Virus record (IMG/VR): IMGVR_UViG_3300025789_001072
Coordinates: 1 to 64,000 of that record
Length of the DNA: 64,000 nucleotides
Reading direction: 5' to 3' (one strand)
Source of the DNA: a virus
Below, one piece after another: positions 31,591 to 38,592 of the stretch. Every line of letters begins with the position of its first letter. The first letter of the stretch is position 1. A model generated the notes under the pieces. That model was given only the letters and a program-made list of their open reading frames with translations. It was not told the origin of the DNA and searched no databases. The position numbers and the translations under genes were made by a program.

Positions 31591-31618
31591 AATATAACAC
31601 AGATATAGGGGTTGTCAA
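31591..31618 (-). promoter_or_regulatory. sigma70-like promoter TTGACA-N16-TATATT upstream of RNA ligase
   Basis: Near-identical copies at 41331-41358 and 42660-42687. Confidence 0.7.
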
Positions 31619-32073
31619 GCAATTTCTTTATAGGCTTTTCCGACCTGATTTGTGGTAATTCCAGCGTGTTTATACCCATTTACGATGGTTGTAACATAGG
31701 AATCACTAGGGCGGCGGTCTCTGCCTGCCCATTCACGGGTAGATGGGGTCATATAATATACCCATGCCTCATACTTTTGACCGTCCACGAATATTGGGAC
31801 AATCTTCCTACCATACATGTTTGGATAACTTTCAATATGGTCAAGATAACGCAGCATTTGCTCATCTGGAAGTTCCCAAAGGACACCATCAACGCTATCG
31901 CCACCACTTTGAACAACATCGGCAAACTTATAAAATTCAAACTTGAAATTTTTAAGTTGTCCACGACCAATAAAGTGCGCATCTTGCATAATGCCAGGAT
32001 CGGTTAACATACCGTATGCAAAGTAATAGATTGGCTGACCGCCAGCTTCTAGGATTATCTCATTCATTTTCAT
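31615..32073 (-). CDS. gamma-glutamylcyclotransferase-fold protein (second copy)
   Basis: YFAYGM, DGVLWEL, LDHIESYP, PS.SY. Confidence 0.8.
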   Translation of the reverse strand: MKMNEIILEAGGQPIYYFAYGMLTDPGIMQDAHFIGRGQLKNFKFEFYKFADVVQSGGDSVDGVLWELPDEQMLRYLDHIESYPNMYGRKIVPIFVDGQKYEAWVYYMTPSTREWAGRDRRPSDSYVTTIVNGYKHAGITTNQVGKAYKEIA

Positions 32074-32092
32074 GCTCTGATATTTAGGGGTT

Positions 32093-32169
32093 TGGCGATC
32101 TCGGCAGGATTCGAACCTGCAACCTAAAGAGTAGAAATCTTTTGCACTGTCCAGTTGTGCTACGAGACC
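32093..32169 (-). tRNA. tRNA-Arg(UCU)
   Basis: Cloverleaf by eye: anticodon arm AAAGA-TTTCTAC-TCTTT, T-arm GCAGG-TTCGAAT-CCTGC, encoded CCA. Confidence 0.93.
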
Positions 32170-32172
32170 ACA

Positions 32173-32553
32173 TTACAATTCAAATATATCACGCAGTGCT
32201 GCTTCTGTCAACTCACTTGTGAGAAAAGTATGGTCGCACTTATATGATGGACTATCGCTTAAGCGACGTGGTGCCTTGTTATGCACAATACGAACGCTCA
32301 CATCATGCTGAACACGATCAACCGCATGTTGGTGGCTCTGATGCAGCACCATAGCAAGTGGTCTGGCAAATCTATAAATCTTAGAAAGACTTTCAGCACG
32401 GCTAACAACATAGGCGCTATATCCTACCGCATGTTGCTTATTATTGTATGGACTCTCAGCAATTATTTCGGCTTCACTTATGACTTTAACTTGCGGCAAC
32501 TTAGCCAACAATTCTACACAGTCATAATCTTCAACTAGAAATAATACTTTCAT
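32173..32553 (-). CDS. hypothetical protein
   Basis: 126-aa ORF filling the gap between two tRNAs. Confidence 0.6.
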   Translation of the reverse strand: MKVLFLVEDYDCVELLAKLPQVKVISEAEIIAESPYNNKQHAVGYSAYVVSRAESLSKIYRFARPLAMVLHQSHQHAVDRVQHDVSVRIVHNKAPRRLSDSPSYKCDHTFLTSELTEAALRDIFEL

Positions 32554-32576
32554 GCCGTTTCCAAAAAAAAAAATAA

Positions 32577-32664
32577 TGGCGGAGCGTAGAGGAATCGAAC
32601 CTCTTCAACCCGTTAAGGTTGTACGGTTTAGCAAACCGCTGCATTACCAGCCTGCCCACGCTCC
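32577..32664 (-). tRNA. tRNA-Ser(GCU)
   Basis: GGAGCGT/ACGCTCC acceptor, GCGGT-TTGCTAA-ACCGT anticodon arm, long variable arm, G discriminator plus CCA. Confidence 0.93.
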
Positions 32665-33359
32665 ATTATATTAAATATAGCATCTTTTCCCCATACTGTC
32701 AATTTATTTTTAAATTGTTTCCACTTGCAACGGTCAAGTTCTGTCTCATAACCCTTGACTTCAAGATAACCACCTAATTCTTCAACATAAAAATCAGGAG
32801 TATAATGACTCAATGTTCCTTTTAAATTGATATAAGGAAATCTTTCAGTATTTCTACGCCAATTCCATCCTTGTTTATCCATATATTTTGCGGAAATTAG
32901 TTCCCACGAGCCATCCAATAAAACTTCACCAGCAATAGGAGATACATATTTAATTTTTTTGCATCTTCCTGCTTTTGGCATCCATCCGTCTTCGTATCTT
33001 TTAATAATTATTTCACGGTGTCTATCTCTAAATTTTTGTTGTTTTTCTTCTGTTAAATTATTCCAAAATAATTTACCTAGATTTGCACTTCGCAACTTTT
33101 CTTTTTGAATTATTGCGCCTTGTTCACCAAATATTTCATTATATTTTTTTCCTTTAAGACTTGTGCCTTTTGAAGAACCTTTTGGGTGTCCATTTTTCCA
33201 ATAATTATTGCCTAATTCTTTTCTTAATTTTTTTATTTTAGAACGATTTAGTTCCTTCATTCCATTACAGGAACTAGTAGATTCACTACAACAATTTTTT
33301 CCATTTTTTAATTTATATTTTGCTTCTGTCCCACAACCATAATCACATAAGTTTGTCAT
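32628..33359 (-). mobile_element. free-standing homing-endonuclease-like gene (PD-(D/E)XK type) in the tRNA cluster
   Basis: YTPDFYV...YLEVKGY catalytic motif, Cys-rich N-terminus, basic linker, AT-rich; ORF reads into tRNA-Ser. Confidence 0.7.
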
Positions 33360-33407
33360 ATAACTATTTATACAAAATAATTAAAAAGGTGCTTTTAACC
33401 TCTGAGA

Positions 33408-33481
33408 TGGTAGGCAATGACAGAATCGAACTGCCGTAGCCGCTGTGTAAAAGCGGAGTTTTACCATTAAACTAATCGCCC
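33408..33481 (-). tRNA. tRNA-Val(UAC)
   Basis: CCGCT-TTTACAC-AGCGG anticodon arm, TTCGATT T-loop, encoded CCA. Confidence 0.92.
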
Positions 33482-33528
33482 ACTTCTTATATTACTAATA
33501 TACTTATATTATTCAATTTTGTCAAGCA

Positions 33529-34353
33529 TTATTTTGTAAAACATGCATTTATTTTTGGTAGAATTAAATTAAACCAATCTACATGCGCCGCTTCACTTGG
33601 GTGACTGCCGCATAGCGGATAATTATTTTTCTGTGACCAATTATTAAAGGCGTGTTCTTTATACCAGTTATTCCAATTGACAGTTTCCCATAAACCACTG
33701 TCATTTACTACTTCTGGTAAGGGATTTAATATTTCATCGCTTGCCAAACAAAAGAAATACGGTATATTCTTAGACTGCAAATAAAACTGTAACAAATTTA
33801 TTTCTTTAAGCAAATTAAATTGATGATAATGATAATCACCTGTTACTTTATAAAAATAATTTGCAGCATCAGTGATACCAAGTTCAGTCATCTTGTCATG
33901 CTGTTGTTTAAAAAATTCATGTCTTTCTGGATGCAAATCATCTTTAAAAAATGACATTTTCTCTTTAAATGTTAAACCATGCCATGCATTAAGATTAATC
34001 CAATAATTGTCAATATCAAATCTGGCTGCTACCACTGGATCATTGTTGATATCAATAAATGGTTTTTCTTTTCGTAATCTTATTTCACTACGATGTGTGT
34101 ATGTCCACATAACTGCCACATATATCTCGTCATGAATTTTAGATTGTTTTGCAACTTCTGCGATTACACGACGAGATATACTGTTATTTCCGCTGCCTGG
34201 TTTGGCAACACAATTATAGTCCATATTATAGTGTTGCGATATTTTTGCAGACCATGTTAATTGACTTGGTATGTTTTTCTCATAGTCAAGATACTGGTCA
34301 GGCAGTTCACTGCCCCATGTAAAACTATCGCCACCACTAATCAATATGGGCAT
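33529..34353 (-). CDS. SGNH/GDSL hydrolase-like protein
   Basis: GDSFTWG, AKPGSGN, C-terminal HP...H. Confidence 0.65.
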   Translation of the reverse strand: MPILISGGDSFTWGSELPDQYLDYEKNIPSQLTWSAKISQHYNMDYNCVAKPGSGNNSISRRVIAEVAKQSKIHDEIYVAVMWTYTHRSEIRLRKEKPFIDINNDPVVAARFDIDNYWINLNAWHGLTFKEKMSFFKDDLHPERHEFFKQQHDKMTELGITDAANYFYKVTGDYHYHQFNLLKEINLLQFYLQSKNIPYFFCLASDEILNPLPEVVNDSGLWETVNWNNWYKEHAFNNWSQKNNYPLCGSHPSEAAHVDWFNLILPKINACFTK

Positions 34354-34967
34354 TAAGCACCCAATACTGACTTGGCTTTGTTATAAAGTTCAGTACGTTC
34401 TTCTAGCCCAATATTTCCACCATTGATGATCTTAGTTGTTTTTACAACATCATCTGCATCAGCAGTTTCATTGCAGCCATTTTCTTGAAAGAACCATGCA
34501 GCCGAACGAGCAGCGCCTTCTGGAGTTGCGAGATAATCGCTATCACTCGTTAGGTCTTTGTTAAGTGCCTTGCCACAGTTATCATAGTTTGACTTACCAG
34601 TTAATTGGATGAGTCCACGACCACGATAACGATAGCCATCACCGCTTGCTTCATCGCCATTGCCCATGCGTGATGCATAAACACGGTTAGCAATCTTTTC
34701 TGGTTGCTTTGCAAAGTCATCTGGATTTACATCACGGAAATACTTTGGAAATACCTTTGTTAAAGTTTCTGCCTTGTAGTTAAGGTTTTCACTTACGGCA
34801 CTAAACATGCCACTTTCATGTCCACACTGTGCAAGAAACATTGCTTCACGAGCAAGAGTGTTGATTTCAAACTCATTCATTGCTTCGTTAAGTGGATCAC
34901 AGAACTTGTCTAGGTTTTCTTCTTTTGCGCCGTGAAAGATTTCTTTTAATTGGTCAATAGTTGCCAT
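34353..34967 (-). CDS. glycoside hydrolase family 19 endolysin
   Basis: FLAQCGHES, YRGRGLIQLTGKSNY, TKIINGG.IGLEER. Confidence 0.92.
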   Translation of the reverse strand: MATIDQLKEIFHGAKEENLDKFCDPLNEAMNEFEINTLAREAMFLAQCGHESGMFSAVSENLNYKAETLTKVFPKYFRDVNPDDFAKQPEKIANRVYASRMGNGDEASGDGYRYRGRGLIQLTGKSNYDNCGKALNKDLTSDSDYLATPEGAARSAAWFFQENGCNETADADDVVKTTKIINGGNIGLEERTELYNKAKSVLGA

Positions 34968-35029
34968 TTTAATTTCCTTTAGGGGTTATACACTATTTAC
35001 CATTCCCAATATGTCACCTAAATAACTAC

Positions 35030-35914
35030 ATGTGTATCATAGTGGCCAAGTATTTTGAAGGAACTGGTTGGGTCGGAGTAAAGAACCGAGATAGAAACTA
35101 TGTTCCTGATTTAAGTTTTATTAAAGTTAAAAATAATAATACCGAAACTTTATACTTTCATGATGATATTACAAAATATGTAGAAGGTATGAATGATAGT
35201 GGTATTTGTATTTTATCAGCATCGTTGATGGTGCTTGATGATGAAAAAGAAATCACTGTTCGCACTAAAACACCATCGAAAGATGGTGTAAAGATTAAGA
35301 AAGCACTTAAACTTACTGATATTAAAGCAGTTTGCATGAGTTTAATTAAACAAAAATTACCAGGCTGCACACTTATATTCAATCAAGAAGATTGCTATCT
35401 ACTTGAAGGTGCTTGGGCACCTGGTGGTTATGAAGATAAAGATTACAAATATAAGATTGAAAAGATTGAACACAATGAAACCGTTGCAAGAACTAATCAT
35501 GGTGTATGGTTAAAGTGGGCTGGCTATCAATATGGTGCGGACGATAACGAAAGCATGAGTGCTATTAGTAGTCGCAGTCGTTTGTTAATTGCGCAGCATG
35601 TTGTTGATAGCGCAGAAACACCTGCACAACTTATTGATTGGTTGACCAAAAAGTATGTTGATAATTGGCAGTTAAATGCCATGCGTTTAGCAGATGAAAA
35701 AAAGATGATGCGCACAACTGCACAACTTATGTTAGTGCCAAAAGATTTAACAATGTTTGTGCGTCCTATTCAAAGCAATATTAAGTTTAACTTTTGGAAA
35801 CTTAATGGCGCTAAGGATAATAAGATGTGGGTTGAATTGCTTACCAATCGTGTGCTACGCACTGGCGAAGATGATCCTGCTATTCCAACTAATCTTTCAC
35901 ATATTGAAGATTAA
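35030..35914 (+). CDS. Ntn-hydrolase-like protein (N-terminal Cys nucleophile)
   Basis: MC start, KNRD, EGMN..G, RTNH, SS.SR motifs. Confidence 0.65.
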   Translation: MCIIVAKYFEGTGWVGVKNRDRNYVPDLSFIKVKNNNTETLYFHDDITKYVEGMNDSGICILSASLMVLDDEKEITVRTKTPSKDGVKIKKALKLTDIKAVCMSLIKQKLPGCTLIFNQEDCYLLEGAWAPGGYEDKDYKYKIEKIEHNETVARTNHGVWLKWAGYQYGADDNESMSAISSRSRLLIAQHVVDSAETPAQLIDWLTKKYVDNWQLNAMRLADEKKMMRTTAQLMLVPKDLTMFVRPIQSNIKFNFWKLNGAKDNKMWVELLTNRVLRTGEDDPAIPTNLSHIED

Positions 35915-36162
35915 ACTGGATGATGGGCTAAACCCCAATCATTGTTTACCCAACGCAAACTAAACAGCATGGCATCTTCACTACAGTAAAATCGCCACTG
36001 ACTAGTCCAACCAAAATCGTCATTAACATATGGCCATTTTTCTACTTGAAATTTAATGTCATTTGACTCACACCATTTATGCATCTGATCAATCCACCAC
36101 TCTTTTCCATAATAGTGGGCGGCAGGTAGCGTGATATCAATTTTATAAATTTCGTCTATCAT
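35911..36162 (-). CDS. hypothetical protein, LF.LRW family
   Basis: C-terminal FYCSEDAMLFSLRW. Confidence 0.6.
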   Translation of the reverse strand: MIDEIYKIDITLPAAHYYGKEWWIDQMHKWCESNDIKFQVEKWPYVNDDFGWTSQWRFYCSEDAMLFSLRWVNNDWGLAHHPV

Positions 36163-36178
36163 GATTACTTTTTAAGTT

Positions 36179-36311
36179 TGGTGCGCTCTACCAGAATCGA
36201 ACTGGTACGCCGAAGCGAGAGATTTTACGGCGGAGATTCTGGATTTGAACCATAATGGGCGTTTACCCTTTCTCCGAAGTCTCTTGTGTCTACCTATTCC
36301 ACCAAGAGCGC
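36179..36311 (-). tRNA. tRNA-Leu(UAA) interrupted by a 50-nt insert in the anticodon
   Basis: Perfect GCGCTCT/AGAGCGC acceptor plus ACCA, Leu-type D-arm GTGGAATAGGTAGACAC, AGAGA/TCTCT anticodon stem, CGC-TTCG-GCG variable arm, ACCAG-TTCGATT-CTGGT T-arm; deleting 36227-36276 restores loop CUUAAAA and an 83-nt tRNA. Confidence 0.88.
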
Positions 36312-36318
36312 ATTAGCC

Positions 36319-36606
36319 TTATTTTACACTTATACTATGTATGCTGTCAAGACGAAACGAACGCCATTCTTTAATATCGGTCACAAAAACTGCCAACGAT
36401 TTATCACTGACCTTGCGCTTTGGCATTTCAGTATCTTCGCTTTCTACGATAGGAGGCAACATCTCAGGATTAAGAGTGCAAGGCATCGTGCGTAGATCAC
36501 CATTGACTTTAGTAAAGGTTACTTCACAAATACCTTCATGCAACATACTACGCAGCATATCAATGCTTGGTTGAACATCCGCATTAAATTCAATATATGT
36601 TGGCAT
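36319..36606 (-). CDS. WYL_2/Sm-like SH3 beta-barrel protein
   Basis: VTFTKVNGDLRTMPCTL...EWRSFRLDSI. Confidence 0.75.
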   Translation of the reverse strand: MPTYIEFNADVQPSIDMLRSMLHEGICEVTFTKVNGDLRTMPCTLNPEMLPPIVESEDTEMPKRKVSDKSLAVFVTDIKEWRSFRLDSIHSISVK

Positions 36607-36624
36607 CTATACTCTTTCAAAAAA

Positions 36625-36700
36625 TGGTGGGCAGTGAGGGACTCAAACCCCCGATCAAATTCTTATGAGGAACCGGCTTTAGTCGCTAAGCTAACCGCCC
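36625..36700 (-). tRNA. tRNA with CAU anticodon (elongator Met or lysidine-type Ile2; not initiator)
   Basis: GGTTC-CTCATAA-GAATT anticodon arm, paired G1-C72, encoded CCA. Confidence 0.88.
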
Positions 36701-36711
36701 ATTGTTATAAT

Positions 36712-36936
36712 TTATACTGTTTTGTTTAACCTGTCAATAAAAAGTTTCTTCAACGCTTTCTCAAAACCTTCCGAATTTCCTTCAACACGAGCCAAGAACA
36801 ATTCGTAAACAAGTGGGTCATGACTTGGTGGTGTAAAAACAAGATTGCGTGATTTCATCTCTTCAATGAGTTCATCATCATCAAAATCACTGATATCATA
36901 TTCTACTTCTACTTCTGTGTAATGTGTTCGTGCCAT
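36712..36936 (-). CDS. hypothetical acidic protein
   Basis: 74-aa ORF. Confidence 0.6.
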   Translation of the reverse strand: MARTHYTEVEVEYDISDFDDDELIEEMKSRNLVFTPPSHDPLVYELFLARVEGNSEGFEKALKKLFIDRLNKTV

Positions 36937-36938
36937 TT

Positions 36939-37391
36939 TTATTCTTCCATTTCAAAAAGGTTATTGCCAAATTCTTCTGGTTCACCAAAAAGATAATTGT
37001 ATTCTAGACTATCAGCGCATACAATATTTTGCTCAACAACATATCGCAAATCTTCACGCCCACACAATAAACGATCTTGACATAATTTAACATTGTCTGC
37101 CATAATGTCAACACCATAAATCGTAGATAGTGCAGTTTCAAATGAAATGCCGCTTTCAAGTTTGCAAATTAATACTTCACTTAAGAACTGCCCATCACCA
37201 CATGCAGGATCACAGAATATTTTAGTCGGATCACTGAATAATTCTTGTGGTAACTTGTCTAATACTTCTTGCACAAGTTCAGTAGGTGTAAACACTTCAC
37301 CTGTTGCTTTCACTCGCAACTTGTCACGTTCTACGCCACTCATATATTCACGATTACGAAGATGATTAATTATCTTTTGCATTGAACCCAT
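36939..37391 (-). CDS. short adenine DNA methyltransferase-like protein (SAM-binding half only)
   Basis: GEVFTP (motif X), DPACGDGQF (motif I), YGVDI; no NPP(Y/F) motif. Confidence 0.75.
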   Translation of the reverse strand: MGSMQKIINHLRNREYMSGVERDKLRVKATGEVFTPTELVQEVLDKLPQELFSDPTKIFCDPACGDGQFLSEVLICKLESGISFETALSTIYGVDIMADNVKLCQDRLLCGREDLRYVVEQNIVCADSLEYNYLFGEPEEFGNNLFEMEE

Positions 37392-38592
37392 CTACGAATT
37401 TCTTTTCATCATCAGTAAGTCCAAAGTAATTGTATACTTCATCATCGTTGTATACATGGTTCAGCGGTGGCAGCGCAAAGTTTCTGATTACTTCTTTATT
37501 ATTAAACCCACTCCACTTATTACATGCCATGATAAAGTGAAATAGTTTACTGTTAATAACGCTATGTGCACTATCAACTGTTTCACCATCTTTTACAATA
37601 TATGCCAGACACATATCAGTAAATCCCATAGTTCCGTAATCTGGCTTTGGTTGATACTTGCCACTAAGACTAATCATGACTTTATGATCATTTAGATTAG
37701 GATGCGGAACATTAGTATACCAATAACGTTCGCCCTTGGCTGGCGTATGATATACAGGATAGGTAAACATGTTATCTTGTGTTTCACTATACTTGATAAT
37801 ATTTTTACTCTGCAATTGTCCAGCAATAACTTTGCCTGTTATCTTTGCTGAGTATTTTAAATTAATGCTATATGCAAGCGCATTATTAATGGTAGGCAAA
37901 CTATCATACTGACGAAGATCAACAGTAATCTGTGTACCATCATTAAGTTCAACGAGCGTAGAGCCACCATATGGCGCATGCTGCACAATATAATAACTAA
38001 ATGTGCTTCCAACACCTGCAAAGTGTTTTCCAAGACTGTTGCTAAGATTGATATATGTTGTATTGTTCTTCGCAAGAACATCCTTGAGAAGATATCGTCC
38101 GCCGCTTAAATTCTTGGTTGGTCCTGCCCAACTTGCAGGCGTAATCATTGCAAGATATCCGCCATCGACAAGTAATTCGTTAACACTCTTGTCAACGAAT
38201 TTACTCCAAAGATTGGTGCTTAGGCTTTTACGATTGCCATTGCTATCGCTTTCGCCAAATGGTGGATTGCCGACAATTACGTCAAACTTCATAGTAACAT
38301 CCTGCTTCAAGAAATCATTATACGACATCTTATTGAAATTTCCAATAAGTTTATTCATGTTCACGGCAAGATTAACTAATGCCTTGTTATATTCAACCCC
38401 ATAAACACGGCCCTGAATGTTCTCATCATTATGACCTGCTTCACGCAACCGACGAATAATTTCAATTAAAAATTGTCCACCACCCATTACTGGATCAAGA
38501 AAAGTTGTAGTTGTGCTAGTCCACACATGTGGTGGCAAGCCGTCAAGCATTTGACTGACAAGAGCAGTGATTGGTTTAATACGAGCAAGCAT
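37366..38592 (-). CDS. Eco57I/TaqI-like N6-adenine DNA methyltransferase
   Basis: DPVMGGGQF, FDVIVGNPPF, GGYLAMITPASW, C-terminal TRD-like region. Confidence 0.85.
   Translation of the reverse strand: MLARIKPITALVSQMLDGLPPHVWTSTTTTFLDPVMGGGQFLIEIIRRLREAGHNDENIQGRVYGVEYNKALVNLAVNMNKLIGNFNKMSYNDFLKQDVTMKFDVIVGNPPFGESDSNGNRKSLSTNLWSKFVDKSVNELLVDGGYLAMITPASWAGPTKNLSGGRYLLKDVLAKNNTTYINLSNSLGKHFAGVGSTFSYYIVQHAPYGGSTLVELNDGTQITVDLRQYDSLPTINNALAYSINLKYSAKITGKVIAGQLQSKNIIKYSETQDNMFTYPVYHTPAKGERYWYTNVPHPNLNDHKVMISLSGKYQPKPDYGTMGFTDMCLAYIVKDGETVDSAHSVINSKLFHFIMACNKWSGFNNKEVIRNFALPPLNHVYNDDEVYNYFGLTDDEKKFVDGFNAKDN

Noticed and set aside
32563-32573. A11 homopolymer as a phase-variation tract
   Set aside because: Intergenic U-run immediately after the tRNA-Ser CCA; no reading frame is affected.
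36227-36276. Group I or archaeal BHB intron as the explanation for the tRNA-Leu insert
   Set aside because: 50 nt is far too short for a group I core, and no two 3-nt bulges around a 4-bp helix are evident.
36625-36700. Initiator tRNA-fMet
   Set aside because: G1-C72 is paired and the three consecutive G-C anticodon-stem pairs are absent.
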